NCBI GenBank assembly: GCA_046052045.1
Contig: JBJONB010000002.1
Span: 7,846-71,845 of the forward strand
Origin: Actinomycetota bacterium
GTDB taxonomy: Bacteria; Actinomycetota; Actinomycetes; Nanopelagicales; Nanopelagicaceae
Direction of reading: 5' to 3'
DNA length: 64,000 nucleotides
A program made the translations under genes and the position numbers. This document shows, piece by piece, positions 11,077 to 21,856 of this stretch. Position 1 is the first letter of the stretch. Each line of letters starts with the position of its first letter. The notes beneath the pieces are model-generated. The model saw nothing but the letters and a program-made list of their open reading frames with translations, was not told the origin of the DNA and did not search any database.

Positions 11077-12270
11077 ATGACGACTGTCGATGATCTCGCA
11101 GGACACTTTGGCCCCTATGGCGGTCGCTTCGTGCCCGAAGCTCTCATCGGAGCGCTTGAAGAGCTAGACGCTGCTCGAATCAAGGCGCAGACAGATTCAA
11201 CATTTATTGAAGAGTTAGCCGAACTACACCGTACATACACAGGTCGTCCAAGCATCATCACTGAGGCAAAGCGATTCAGTGAACATGCTGGGGGAGCGCG
11301 CATTCTTCTCAAGCGCGAAGATCTCAACCACACAGGTAGCCACAAAATTAATAACGTGCTTGGCCAAGCACTCCTTACAAAGCGCATGGGTAAGAAGCGC
11401 ATCATCGCTGAAACCGGAGCCGGTCAACATGGCGTTGCATCTGCAACTGCTGCAGCCCTTATGGGTCTTGAGTGCGTTGTCTACATGGGTGAAGAAGATA
11501 CAAAGCGCCAAGCTCTCAACGTTGCTCGTATGAAATTGTTAGGAGCCGAAGTAGTTCCCGTTACTTCAGGTTCACGCACACTCAAGGATGCAATCAACGA
11601 AGCAATGCGCGACTGGGTTACCAATGTTGAAACTACTCACTACATGCTCGGCACTGTTGCCGGTCCGCATCCATTCCCATCTATGGTCCGCGATTTCCAT
11701 AAGATCATCGGAGAAGAATCACGTGAACAAGTTCTCGCATTAACAGGTCGACTTCCCGATGCAGTTCTTGCATGCGTTGGCGGCGGTTCAAATGCAATCG
11801 GAATCTTCCATCGTTTTATTGGAGATAAAGATGTCCGCCTCATTGGACTCGAAGCTGCAGGAGATGGTGTTGAAACAGGACGCCATGCAGCAACCATCAC
11901 AGGTGGCTCACCAGGAGTTCTCCACGGAAACCGCACATATGTTCTGCAGGATGAAAATGGTCAGACCATTGAGTCTCACTCAATCTCTGCGGGCTTGGAT
12001 TACCCAGGCGTTGGACCAGAACATGCTTACCTTCATGACATTGGCCGCGCCGAATATCGCGCAGTTACCGATGCTGAAGCGATGCATGCATTTGCACTTC
12101 TTTGCAAGACTGAAGGAATTATTCCTGCAATCGAAACAGCGCATGCTCTTGCTGGCGCACTTCAAGTAGGAAATGAATTAGGCAAGGATGCAATCATCTT
12201 GATTAATCTTTCAGGACGCGGAGATAAAGATGTTCATACAGCAGCGCAATACTTTGGAATTCCTCTCTAA
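11077..12270 (+). CDS. trpB: tryptophan synthase beta subunit
   Basis: [29 protein letters not shown] and [11 protein letters not shown] motifs. Confidence 0.98.
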   Translation: MTTVDDLAGHFGPYGGRFVPEALIGALEELDAARIKAQTDSTFIEELAELHRTYTGRPSIITEAKRFSEHAGGARILLKREDLNHTGSHKINNVLGQALLTKRMGKKRIIAETGAGQHGVASATAAALMGLECVVYMGEEDTKRQALNVARMKLLGAEVVPVTSGSRTLKDAINEAMRDWVTNVETTHYMLGTVAGPHPFPSMVRDFHKIIGEESREQVLALTGRLPDAVLACVGGGSNAIGIFHRFIGDKDVRLIGLEAAGDGVETGRHAATITGGSPGVLHGNRTYVLQDENGQTIESHSISAGLDYPGVGPEHAYLHDIGRAEYRAVTDAEAMHAFALLCKTEGIIPAIETAHALAGALQVGNELGKDAIILINLSGRGDKDVHTAAQYFGIPL

Positions 12271-13074
12271 ATGACAACTGCGCTCGATGATCTCTTCGTA
12301 AAAACTCGCGCCGAAAACCGTGCTGCGCTCATCGCATATATTCCTGCTGGGTTTCCCAGCATCGAAGGTTGTAAGAAAGTCATTCAGGCTTTTGTCGATG
12401 GCGGAGTCGATGCCATTGAAATCGGTTTCCCCTACAGCGATCCAGTAATGGATGGCCCAACAATTCAAGCGGCGGCTGATCAATCACTCGCGCAAGGCAC
12501 TGGTGCTAAAGAAGTGTTTGAAGCTCTGAAAGTTGCCACCGATGCAGGTGTTCCAGCAGTTGTCATGACGTACTGGAATCCCATTGAAAAGTACGGCGTC
12601 GAAAAGTTTGCCCAGTCGATTTCAGATAATGGTGGGTCCGGGGTCATTACTCCCGACCTGACTATTGAAGAATCTGCGCCCTGGAAAGATGCAGTTGAAA
12701 AGAATGCAATCAATCCCATCTATGTTGTTGCGCCAAGTACAACTGAATCTCGACTTCCACAAGTGACTTCACGCTGCGGAGGATTTATCTATGCAGCTAG
12801 CTTGATGGGCGTTACCGGAACTCGCACCACGGTCTCATCGGGTGCACCAGATTTGGTTGCACGAATTCGAAAGACCTCAAAACTTCCAATCGCGGTTGGG
12901 CTCGGTGTCTCTACGCGCGAACAAGCAAAGGGTGTTGCAGGTTATGCAGATGGTGTGATTGTGGGTTCAGCATTTATAAAAGCTTTACTTGATGCACCTG
13001 ATGAAGCAACAGGTTTGGAAGCGGTAAAGAACCTCGCCAGCGAATTATCGTTAGGAGTACGTGAAGGACGATGA
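12271..13074 (+). CDS. trpA: tryptophan synthase alpha subunit
   Basis: EIGFPYSDPVMDGPTIQ, GVTG and DGVIVGSA motifs. Confidence 0.97.
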   Translation: MTTALDDLFVKTRAENRAALIAYIPAGFPSIEGCKKVIQAFVDGGVDAIEIGFPYSDPVMDGPTIQAAADQSLAQGTGAKEVFEALKVATDAGVPAVVMTYWNPIEKYGVEKFAQSISDNGGSGVITPDLTIEESAPWKDAVEKNAINPIYVVAPSTTESRLPQVTSRCGGFIYAASLMGVTGTRTTVSSGAPDLVARIRKTSKLPIAVGLGVSTREQAKGVAGYADGVIVGSAFIKALLDAPDEATGLEAVKNLASELSLGVREGR

Positions 13075-13559
13075 AGAAATATCACCCATGGATTGGCCTA
13101 GTGGCACGCCTCATTCTTGGTGGAACACTGATTGTTGCCGGATATCTGAAATTTGATGAGCTTGATAAATCGCAGATGGCAGTTCGTGCCTATGAACTTC
13201 TTCCCATCCCGCTAGCAAATTTCATGGGCATCTTCCTCCCATTCTTTGAGTTAGCTGTCGGAATTCTTCTTGTCTTTGGTGCTGCTACCCGCTTATCTGC
13301 ACTTGCAAGTGGGCTACTGATGTTCGCCTTCATGATCGGAATCTCGCAAGCATGGGCACGCGGACTTTCCATCGATTGCGGTTGCTTCGGCGGCGGGGGA
13401 CAAGTTGCCCCTGGCGAGGCCGATTACCTCACTCCGCTTCTGCGTGACACGGGCCTCACAGCGCTTGCTGTGTATCTAACTCTCTTCCCACACACTAAAT
13501 TTAGTCTCGATAAAAACCCGGAATCTCTCACCCAACCAGGAGAAGGCAAAAATGACTAA
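13071..13559 (+). CDS. MauE/DoxX-family redox-associated membrane protein
   Basis: About 4 hydrophobic segments; WARGLSIDCGCFG motif. Confidence 0.8.
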   Translation: MKKYHPWIGLVARLILGGTLIVAGYLKFDELDKSQMAVRAYELLPIPLANFMGIFLPFFELAVGILLVFGAATRLSALASGLLMFAFMIGISQAWARGLSIDCGCFGGGGQVAPGEADYLTPLLRDTGLTALAVYLTLFPHTKFSLDKNPESLTQPGEGKND

Positions 13560-14223
13560 GCAACAACCAGGCAAAGATAACTTCACTCGCAATCTCGTTG
13601 TTGCAGTCGTTGTAGGCGTACTTCTCATCATGTTGGTACCAACACTTCTTTCAAAGAACACAGATACATCTGCAAAGACTCCAGCAAGCGTTTCTGCTGA
13701 TCGCGGTTACGGAATCGTCTTCAATGACGAACTCAAGGGTGTTCCGGTTATCGATATCTACGAAGATTTCCAATGCCCAGTCTGTGCACAATTTGAAGGT
13801 CTTCAGGGTGATTACATCGAATCCCTTATCGCGGATAAGAAGGCAACAGTCGTTTATCACACCCTTTCATTCCTAGGACAAGAATCTGTGAACGCTGCAA
13901 ATGCAGCAGCATGTTCTGCTGACGAAGGAAAGTTCTTGCAATACCACCGCGCTCTGTACTCAAATCAGCCAGCTGAAAATACTGGCGTCTGGTCAACTGA
14001 TGTACTTGTAGTACTTGGTCAGGCTGCGGGCATCACATCCAAGAAGTTCGCATCATGCGTCAATGACATGGCATATCAGGGCTGGGTTTCGAATGCTGCA
14101 GCTGCCGGAGCTAAGGCAAATGTGAATTCAACTCCAACTGTATTTATCAACGGTAAAGAGATTGATCGCAATGGCGAATACTTCAACGCTGATAAGTTCA
14201 AGGCAGCAGTCGAACGCGGATAA
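13552..14223 (+). CDS. membrane-anchored DsbA/MdbA-family thiol-disulfide oxidoreductase
   Basis: N-terminal TM, YEDFQCPVC active site, STPT cis-Pro loop and a second Cys pair. Confidence 0.88.
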   Translation: MTKQQPGKDNFTRNLVVAVVVGVLLIMLVPTLLSKNTDTSAKTPASVSADRGYGIVFNDELKGVPVIDIYEDFQCPVCAQFEGLQGDYIESLIADKKATVVYHTLSFLGQESVNAANAAACSADEGKFLQYHRALYSNQPAENTGVWSTDVLVVLGQAAGITSKKFASCVNDMAYQGWVSNAAAAGAKANVNSTPTVFINGKEIDRNGEYFNADKFKAAVERG

Positions 14224-14225
14224 AT

Positions 14226-15032
14226 ATGAAGTACGCCTTCCCAACTCCGACAACGTCGGCAGTTGAGATTGGTCCGCTGACTGTTCACTTTTACGCACTC
14301 TGCATTATTGCGGCAATCGCTGTAGCAATTTGGGTCGCTGATAAGCGCTTTACATCTGCGCACTCTGGCGTCGAAGGTGTTGTCGGAGATATCGCAGTTA
14401 TCGCAGTTCCATCGGGTGTCATTGGTGGACGGCTTTATCACGTCGTTACTTCTCCAGAGAATTACTTTGGAAGCAATGGATCAATTTTTAATGTAATCAA
14501 AATTTGGGAAGGCGGCCTCGGAATCTGGGGCGCTATTGCACTCGGCGCAGCTGGTGCATACGTTGCATATAGAAAACGCGCCCAGCAGATTCAACTTCCA
14601 CCATTTTCGGAGTTCGCTGGTGCACTTGCTCCAGGTTTACTTCTTGCGCAAGCAATTGGACGTTGGGGTAACTGGTTTAATGGCGAACTCTTCGGACGTC
14701 CACTTACTGCGCCCTGGGCGCTTGAGATTCCTCAATATCTTCGACCAGCGGGATTTACAGAGTTCTCGACATTTCACCCCACATTTCTCTACGAATCTAT
14801 CTGGTGTGCAGCACTTGCATTTGCGCTGATACTTCTCACCCCTCGTCTTTCAGGTGGCGCTATCTTCGCGCTCTATGTATGCGGATATAGCCTCGGCCGA
14901 TTCTTCATTGAAGGTCTTCGCATAGATGATGCGCACTTGCTGGGTGGTCTTCGTCTCAATCAATATGTTGCAGCGCTTATTTTTGCCGCAGGGCTCGTTG
15001 CTTTCAGCCGAATTATGCGACGCACGAGGTAG
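14226..15032 (+). CDS. lgt: prolipoprotein diacylglyceryl transferase
   Basis: GGRLYHV, WEGGLGIWG, QAIGRWGNWFNGELFG and HPTFLYE motifs. Confidence 0.95.
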   Translation: MKYAFPTPTTSAVEIGPLTVHFYALCIIAAIAVAIWVADKRFTSAHSGVEGVVGDIAVIAVPSGVIGGRLYHVVTSPENYFGSNGSIFNVIKIWEGGLGIWGAIALGAAGAYVAYRKRAQQIQLPPFSEFAGALAPGLLLAQAIGRWGNWFNGELFGRPLTAPWALEIPQYLRPAGFTEFSTFHPTFLYESIWCAALAFALILLTPRLSGGAIFALYVCGYSLGRFFIEGLRIDDAHLLGGLRLNQYVAALIFAAGLVAFSRIMRRTR

Positions 15033-15035
15033 GCT
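15030..15035 (+). promoter_or_regulatory. putative -10 (ggTAGGCT) for the leaderless VIT1 gene, sharing the lgt TAG stop
   Basis: TAGGCT-N6-ATG. Confidence 0.55.
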
Positions 15036-15041
15036 AGAAAT

Positions 15042-15752
15042 ATGGCGCTCGAAGATGTCTATCAACGCAATCTCCACCATCGCACTCATCGTGCTGGCTG
15101 GTTGCGCGCTGCTGTTCTTGGCGCAAATGATGGACTCGTCTCGACAGCAAGCTTAATGATTGGCGTTGCTGCGGCGCGAAGTGAACAGAGTTTCCTCATC
15201 ACAGCAGGAGCTGCAGGAATTGCAGCGGGTGCGATGTCGATGGCTGTTGGTGAATATGTTTCGGTACGTTCTCAGAATGACATTGAAGAGTCAGATCGAC
15301 TTCTTGAAATCGAACACCTTGCAATCGATCCCGAAGGTGAGTTCGAGGAACTTGTACATATCTATATTGAACGCGGATTAACTCGTGAACTTGCAGTGCA
15401 AGTTGTCACCGAGATGCATAAGAGAGATCCACTCGAAGCGCATCTGCGCGATGAACTCGGACAGCACCCTCATACAAAGGCTCGTCCAGTTCAAGCAGCG
15501 GTCGCATCAGCAATCAGTTTTACAGCGGGCGGACTTATTCCATTCGTAGGCGCTTTTGCCCCAACTGCTGGAAAGGCGGCGTGGAGCATCATTGCTTTTA
15601 CGATGGTCGGACTTCTTGCCGCCGGGCTCATCAGCGCAAAGACCGCTGGATCAAAGATTCTCATCCCTACCTTGCGCGTAATGGCCGGTGGCTGCCTAGG
15701 TATGGCAATCACCGCTGGAATTGGCCAGCTCTTGCATGTGAGTGGCATCTAG
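15042..15752 (+). CDS. VIT1/CCC1-family Fe2+/Mn2+ transporter
   Basis: LRAAVLGANDGLVS, GAMSMAVGEYVSV and a Glu-rich cytoplasmic domain. Confidence 0.92.
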   Translation: MALEDVYQRNLHHRTHRAGWLRAAVLGANDGLVSTASLMIGVAAARSEQSFLITAGAAGIAAGAMSMAVGEYVSVRSQNDIEESDRLLEIEHLAIDPEGEFEELVHIYIERGLTRELAVQVVTEMHKRDPLEAHLRDELGQHPHTKARPVQAAVASAISFTAGGLIPFVGAFAPTAGKAAWSIIAFTMVGLLAAGLISAKTAGSKILIPTLRVMAGGCLGMAITAGIGQLLHVSGI

Positions 15753-15765
15753 CCCACCCCCTTGC

Positions 15766-15854
15766 TACCCTTTCGCTACTGACTTACCGTTTTACTCAAC
15801 GCTTCACCGGGCCAAAGTTGTCCCTTTTGATTCACTAAAAAAGGACAACGGGTT
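15766..15854 (+). promoter_or_regulatory. gltB promoter (-10 TACCCT) and structured 5' leader with an SD-sequestering hairpin
   Basis: GTTGTCC (15817-23) pairs with GGACAAC (15843-49), covering the AAGGA SD. Confidence 0.5.
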
Positions 15855-18800
15855 ATGGCACTTTCATCGAACTATCCCGCATCTCAAGGTCTCTACGATC
15901 CTGCAAACGAACACGATGCATGCGGCGTCGCGATGGTGGCTACCCTTAATAAAGTTGCAACGCACGAAATCGTAGAGAAGGCGCTCACCGCCCTTCGCAA
16001 TCTTGAACACCGTGGTGCATCAGGAGCTGAACCTGATTCTGGTGACGGTGCAGGAATCCTGATTCGCGTTCCCGATGCTTTCTATCGCGCAGAAACAAAG
16101 TTTGATCTACCAGCCGAAGGTTCATATGCCACCGGTATCGCATTTATTGCGCAAGGTGCAGATGTCACAGCAGAGATAGCAAAGATTGCACAAGAAGAAG
16201 GCCTCACAATTCTCGGTTGGCGCGAACTTCCTATTAACGCTACTTCACTGGGAAAGACCGCAGTTTCAGTGATGCCTCAGTTCAAGCAACTCTTTGTTGC
16301 TGGCAAGAATGGCGAATCTGGAATCGTTCTTGATCGTCTGGCATTTGCTCTTCGTAAGCGCGCTGAACATGCACTCGATCTCTACTTCCCATCTCTTTCT
16401 TCCCAGACAATTGTCTATAAGGGAATGCTTACAACCGGACAGCTAGAAGAGTTCTTCCCTGACCTCAGCGATGTGCGCGTTGTATCACCACTAGCACTCG
16501 TCCATTCACGCTTTTCAACAAATACTTTCCCTTCATGGCCGCTGGCGCACCCTTACCGCTTTATCGCACATAACGGTGAAATCAATACTGTTAAGGGAAA
16601 CCGTAACTGGATGCGCGCCCGCGAATCACTTCTTCAAAGTGATTTGATTGGTGGAGATCTCAAGCGACTCTTCCCAATCGTTGAAATGTCAGGTTCGGAC
16701 TCTGCATCTTTCGATGAAGTACTCGAACTTCTCTATCTCGGTGGTCGTTCACTTCCACATGCAGTCTTGATGATGATTCCAGAAGCTTGGGAGAACCATG
16801 CAACGATGTCTGCAAAGCGTCGCGAATTTTATGCATTCCACGCCTCCCTCATGGAGCCATGGGATGGTCCTGCATGTGTGACATTTACAGATGGACATCA
16901 AGTAGGTGCAGTGCTTGATCGCAACGGACTTCGTCCATCACGTTTTTGGGTTACAGATGACGGACTCGTAGTTCTCGCATCAGAAGTGGGTGTTTTGGAT
17001 TTCCCTGCAGAGAAGATTGTCCGTAAGGGCCGTTTACAACCAGGCAAAATGTTCTTGGTTGATATCGAAGCAGGACGCATTATTGAAGATGATGAGATCA
17101 AGGATTCACTCGCTGATGCTGCTCCATATGGCACATGGCTCAAGGATGGAATGATCAAGCTTTCAGATCTTCCATCACGCGAACATATTGTCTACCCGCA
17201 TAAGTCAGTTATTCGTCGCCAAAAGGCCTTTGGTTACACAGAAGAAGAAATCAAAATCATCGTGACACCGATGGCAAAGGGCGGGGGAGAAGCTCTCGGC
17301 TCTATGGGAACTGATACTCCTATCGCTGCACTCTCTGCTAAGCCACGTCTTCTCTTTGATTACTTCACACAGCTCTTTGCACAGGTTACAAACCCACCGC
17401 TGGATGCAATCCGTGAAGAGCTTGTCACAAGCCTTGGTGGATCAATTGGTCCTGAGCACAACCTGCTTGATCCAGGTCCAGAATCTTGCAAGCAGATCTC
17501 TCTTGCATTCCCGGTTATCGATAATGATGAACTTGCAAAGATCATTCACGTTAACGCAGACGATGACTACCCAGAACTCGAGGCATATGTTGTTCGTGGC
17601 CTCTTCCCAGTAACTGGAGATGGAAACACTCTTCGTATTCGCCTAGAAGAAATCAAGCGCGAAGTTTCAGAAGCAATTTCAAATGGCGCACGCGTCATTG
17701 TTCTCTCTGATCGCGATGGCGATGCAGAAGATTGCCCAATTCCTTCGCTCTTACTTACAGCCGCAGTGCATCACCACCTCATCCGCGAGAAGACACGTAC
17801 CAAGGTTGGTCTCGTTGTTGAAGCAGGAGATGTCCGCGAAGTTCACCACGTTGCACTTCTTATTGGTTACGGCGCAGCAGCAGTAAACCCATACCTTGTT
17901 ATGGAAACTGCCGAAGATCTCGTCAATCAAGGAATCATTACCGGCATTGCTCCGGAAAAGGCAGTCCGCAATGTCATCAAGGCGCTCGGTAAGGGCGTTC
18001 TTAAGGTGATGTCCAAGATGGGTATCTCAACCATTGCCTCGTACACAGGTGCACAGGTATTTGAAGCTATCGGTCTTGCACAAGATGTTGTCGACGAGTT
18101 CTTCGTTGGAACAACGTCACGACTTGGTGGCGTCGATCTCGATGTCATCGCAGAAGAGACCATTAAGCGCCATCACTTTGCTTACCCAGTAGGCGGAGAA
18201 ATTCCTGGTGCAAAGCGTCTTGCAGTCGGTGGCGAGTACCAGTGGCGTCGCGATGGCGAACCACACTTGTTTAACCCTGAAACAGTCTTTGCGCTTCAGC
18301 ACTCAACTCGCAATAAGCGTTATGACATCTTCAAGCGCTACACAGATAAGGTCAATGATCAGAGCAAGACGCTCATGACTCTTCGCGGGCTCTTCAAATT
18401 TAAAGATGGAGAACGCGCACCAATTTCTATCGATGAAGTCGAGCCAATCTCAGAGATCGTAAAGCGCTTCTCAACTGGTGCGATGTCATATGGTTCTGTT
18501 TCACAAGAAGTTCACGAAACACTAGCAATCGCTATGAACCGCTTGGGCGCTAAGTCCAACACCGGCGAAGGCGGAGAAGATCCTGCTCGCTTCATTCCAA
18601 TGGCAAATGGCGACTCTAAGAAGAGCGCAATCAAGCAGGTTGCATCTGGTCGTTTTGGCGTAACAAGTAATTACCTCATCAACGCCACAGATATTCAGAT
18701 CAAGATTGCACAGGGAGCAAAGCCTGGCGAAGGCGGACAGCTTCCTGGTTACAAGGTCTATCCATGGGTAGCTAAGGCTCGTTACTCAACTCCAGGTGTA

Positions 18801-20372
18801 GGACTTATTTCTCCACCACCTCACCACGACATTTACTCGATTGAGGATCTTGCTCAATTGATTCATGACCTTAAGAATGCAAATAAGGATGCGCGTGTTC
18901 ACGTCAAACTTGTTGCAGAAGTTGGCGTCGGAACAGTTGCAGCTGGAGTTTCAAAGGCGCACGCGGACGTTGTTTTGATCTCAGGTCACGATGGTGGAAC
19001 CGGTGCATCACCTCTAACTTCTCTTAAGCATGCTGGTGCTCCTTGGGAGCTCGGTCTTGCTGAAACGCAACAGACACTTCTTCTCAACAACTTGCGTGAT
19101 CGCATCGTTGTTCAGGCAGATGGCCAGCTCAAGACAGGCCGCGATGTTGTCATCGCAGCCCTCCTCGGTGCTGAGGAGTATGGATTTGCAACAGCTCCAC
19201 TTGTTGTTTCAGGTTGCATCATGATGCGCGTTTGCCACTTGGATACATGCCCGGTCGGCGTTGCAACACAGAACCCAGAACTTCGTAAGAAGTTCTCTGG
19301 AAAGCCTGAATTCGTTGAAACATTCTTCGAATACATCGCAGAAGAAGTCCGCGAAATTTTGGCATCCCTTGGTTTCCGCACATTGCAAGAAGCAATTGGA
19401 CATGTTGAATATCTCGATACACGCGATGCTGTCGATCACTGGAAGGCGAGCGGTCTTGATCTCTCACCACTTCTTGTTCGTCCAGATGTTGATTCACCAT
19501 TACACAACACAACGAAGCAGGATCACGGTTTAGCTGCAGCGCTCGATAACCAGCTCATCGAGCTTTCGAAGGCTGCACTCGAAGATAAAGAACCGGTTCG
19601 TATCGATCTTCCCGTCCGTAACGTCAACCGCACAGTCGGAACGATGTTGGGCGCTGAAGTTACTCGTCGCTACGGGGCAGAGGGACTTCCTGTCGGAACA
19701 ATTGATGTCACTTTGCATGGATCAGCCGGTCAATCACTCGGTGCATTCTTGCCACAAGGTGTATCAATTCGCCTGTACGGTGATTCAAATGACTATGTCG
19801 GTAAGGGCATCTCTGGTGGACGCGTTGTTGTTCGTCCAGATGAGAAGGCAACCTTTAAATCCGAGAAGAACGTCATCGCAGGAAACGTCATTGGTTATGG
19901 CGCAACATCAGGTGACATCTTCATCCGTGGTTTAGCTGGAGAACGTTTCTGTGTCCGTAACTCAGGAGCGATTGCAGTCGTTGAGGGCGTGGGCGATCAC
20001 GCACTCGAATATATGACTGGCGGAACTGTTGTCATTCTTGGACAGACTGGTCGCAATATTGCAGCCGGCATGTCTGGTGGTCGCGCATTCGTTCTCGATC
20101 TCAACACCGCAGTGGTCAACACTGAGATGGTTGATATCTTGGCCGTTCCTGCTGATCAACGCGAGAATCTCAGGGCAATCGTCTCTTCATTCCATGTCGA
20201 GACTGGTTCTGAGATTGCAGCAGCGCTTCTTGCGAACTGGGATGCGGAAATCTCACGCTTCTCACTCATCATGCCTCGCGATTACGCAAAGGTGCTTGCA
20301 GCAATAGAGCGTGCAACTAAAGAAGGTTTACCAGTCGATGAATACATCATGGAGGTAGCAGCAAATGGCTGA
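15855..20372 (+). CDS. gltB: glutamate synthase large subunit
   Basis: HDACGV N-terminal nucleophile after a short propeptide; [15 protein letters not shown] and the [12 protein letters not shown] Fe-S motif. Confidence 0.98.
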   Translation: MALSSNYPASQGLYDPANEHDACGVAMVATLNKVATHEIVEKALTALRNLEHRGASGAEPDSGDGAGILIRVPDAFYRAETKFDLPAEGSYATGIAFIAQGADVTAEIAKIAQEEGLTILGWRELPINATSLGKTAVSVMPQFKQLFVAGKNGESGIVLDRLAFALRKRAEHALDLYFPSLSSQTIVYKGMLTTGQLEEFFPDLSDVRVVSPLALVHSRFSTNTFPSWPLAHPYRFIAHNGEINTVKGNRNWMRARESLLQSDLIGGDLKRLFPIVEMSGSDSASFDEVLELLYLGGRSLPHAVLMMIPEAWENHATMSAKRREFYAFHASLMEPWDGPACVTFTDGHQVGAVLDRNGLRPSRFWVTDDGLVVLASEVGVLDFPAEKIVRKGRLQPGKMFLVDIEAGRIIEDDEIKDSLADAAPYGTWLKDGMIKLSDLPSREHIVYPHKSVIRRQKAFGYTEEEIKIIVTPMAKGGGEALGSMGTDTPIAALSAKPRLLFDYFTQLFAQVTNPPLDAIREELVTSLGGSIGPEHNLLDPGPESCKQISLAFPVIDNDELAKIIHVNADDDYPELEAYVVRGLFPVTGDGNTLRIRLEEIKREVSEAISNGARVIVLSDRDGDAEDCPIPSLLLTAAVHHHLIREKTRTKVGLVVEAGDVREVHHVALLIGYGAAAVNPYLVMETAEDLVNQGIITGIAPEKAVRNVIKALGKGVLKVMSKMGISTIASYTGAQVFEAIGLAQDVVDEFFVGTTSRLGGVDLDVIAEETIKRHHFAYPVGGEIPGAKRLAVGGEYQWRRDGEPHLFNPETVFALQHSTRNKRYDIFKRYTDKVNDQSKTLMTLRGLFKFKDGERAPISIDEVEPISEIVKRFSTGAMSYGSVSQEVHETLAIAMNRLGAKSNTGEGGEDPARFIPMANGDSKKSAIKQVASGRFGVTSNYLINATDIQIKIAQGAKPGEGGQLPGYKVYPWVAKARYSTPGVGLISPPPHHDIYSIEDLAQLIHDLKNANKDARVHVKLVAEVGVGTVAAGVSKAHADVVLISGHDGGTGASPLTSLKHAGAPWELGLAETQQTLLLNNLRDRIVVQADGQLKTGRDVVIAALLGAEEYGFATAPLVVSGCIMMRVCHLDTCPVGVATQNPELRKKFSGKPEFVETFFEYIAEEVREILASLGFRTLQEAIGHVEYLDTRDAVDHWKASGLDLSPLLVRPDVDSPLHNTTKQDHGLAAALDNQLIELSKAALEDKEPVRIDLPVRNVNRTVGTMLGAEVTRRYGAEGLPVGTIDVTLHGSAGQSLGAFLPQGVSIRLYGDSNDYVGKGISGGRVVVRPDEKATFKSEKNVIAGNVIGYGATSGDIFIRGLAGERFCVRNSGAIAVVEGVGDHALEYMTGGTVVILGQTGRNIAAGMSGGRAFVLDLNTAVVNTEMVDILAVPADQRENLRAIVSSFHVETGSEIAAALLANWDAEISRFSLIMPRDYAKVLAAIERATKEGLPVDEYIMEVAANG

Positions 20373-21819
20373 TCCAAAGGGTTTTATGACCACTCCTCGC
20401 GAGACTCCAAAGCGACGTCCCGTCGATATTCGTATTCAAGATTGGCGCGAAGTCTACGAACCACAATCTTTCGAACACTTGCAGAAGCAAGCTGGCCGTT
20501 GCATGGATTGCGGTATTCCTTTCTGTCATAACGGTTGCCCGCTCGGTAACCTCATTCCAGAATGGAATGACCTCATCTATCGTGGAGATAAGAACGAGGC
20601 AATTGATCGTCTTCATGCGACAAATAACTTCCCAGAATTCACAGGTCGTCTCTGTCCAGCTCCTTGCGAAACTGCATGTGTTGTTGGAATCAACCGTGAT
20701 GCAGTCACCATTAAGCAGGTCGAACTTCGCACCATTGAAGAAGCATTCGATGCCAACAATGTGAAGCCACTCGCACCAGATCGTCTCTCTGGAAAGACAG
20801 TCGCAGTTATTGGTTCAGGCCCTGCAGGACTTGCAGCAGCGCAACAGCTCACACGTGCAGGGCACACAGTTGCCGTCTATGAGCGCGCAGAAAAAATCGG
20901 CGGCCTTCTTCGCTACGGAATTCCTGAATTTAAGATGGAGAAGCACATCGTTGACCGTCGCCTTGCTCAGATGGAGCAAGAAGGAACTCGCTTCCGTCCA
21001 GGCGTGAATGTCGGTGTAGAACTTACTGGTTCTGATCTTCGCTCTAAGTACGATGCAATCGTTCTCGCAATGGGTGCAACCCAATGGCGCGACCTTCCTA
21101 TTCCAGGACGCGAAAACAAGGGCATCTATCAAGCGATGGAGTTCTTGCCGTGGGGCAATAAGCAGGCGCTTGGTGAAATTGAAGTTCCACCAATTAACGT
21201 TGCAGGTAAGCACGTCATCATCTTGGGTGGCGGAGATACCGGAGCAGATTGTCTTGGTACATCAGTACGACAGGGCGCAGCGAGCGTTACTCAACTTGAG
21301 ATCATGCCTCGTCCAACTGAAGAGCGTCCATCTTCACAGCCATGGCCTACATATCCAATGATCTATCGCGTCTCTAGCGCACATGAAGAACTCGACAATC
21401 GAATCTTCTCTGTCAGTACTCAAGAATTCGTTGGCGATGGAAATGGAAATCTTAAAGCCCTAAAGATTGTCGAAACAAAGTTCGAAAACGGAAAGTTCGA
21501 ACCAGTTCCAGGAACTGAGAAGGAACTCCCAGCAGACTTTGTATTCCTTGCAATGGGCTTCACAGGTCCTGAAAAGTCAGCGCTTATCGATCAACTCGAG
21601 GTGGAACTCGACGAGCGTGGAAATATTCGTCGCGATGAAAACTTCCAGAGCAGCGAAGAAGGAATATTCGTTGCAGGGGACGCGGGCCGCGGTCAATCTC
21701 TCATTGTGTGGGCGATTGCTGAAGGTCGCTCAGCAGCCGCTGCAGTGGATCGATATCTGGCAGGAGAGACTCAACTTCCTGCACCTATCGAGCCAACAAC
21801 TCGCCAACTAATGGTCTAA
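20365..21819 (+). CDS. gltD: glutamate synthase small subunit
   Basis: [10 protein letters not shown]...[17 protein letters not shown] and GGGDTG motifs. Confidence 0.97.
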   Translation: MADPKGFMTTPRETPKRRPVDIRIQDWREVYEPQSFEHLQKQAGRCMDCGIPFCHNGCPLGNLIPEWNDLIYRGDKNEAIDRLHATNNFPEFTGRLCPAPCETACVVGINRDAVTIKQVELRTIEEAFDANNVKPLAPDRLSGKTVAVIGSGPAGLAAAQQLTRAGHTVAVYERAEKIGGLLRYGIPEFKMEKHIVDRRLAQMEQEGTRFRPGVNVGVELTGSDLRSKYDAIVLAMGATQWRDLPIPGRENKGIYQAMEFLPWGNKQALGEIEVPPINVAGKHVIILGGGDTGADCLGTSVRQGAASVTQLEIMPRPTEERPSSQPWPTYPMIYRVSSAHEELDNRIFSVSTQEFVGDGNGNLKALKIVETKFENGKFEPVPGTEKELPADFVFLAMGFTGPEKSALIDQLEVELDERGNIRRDENFQSSEEGIFVAGDAGRGQSLIVWAIAEGRSAAAAVDRYLAGETQLPAPIEPTTRQLMV

Positions 21820-21856
21820 CTTCTAAGTAACTACTAACCACAGATAAGGTACAGAC

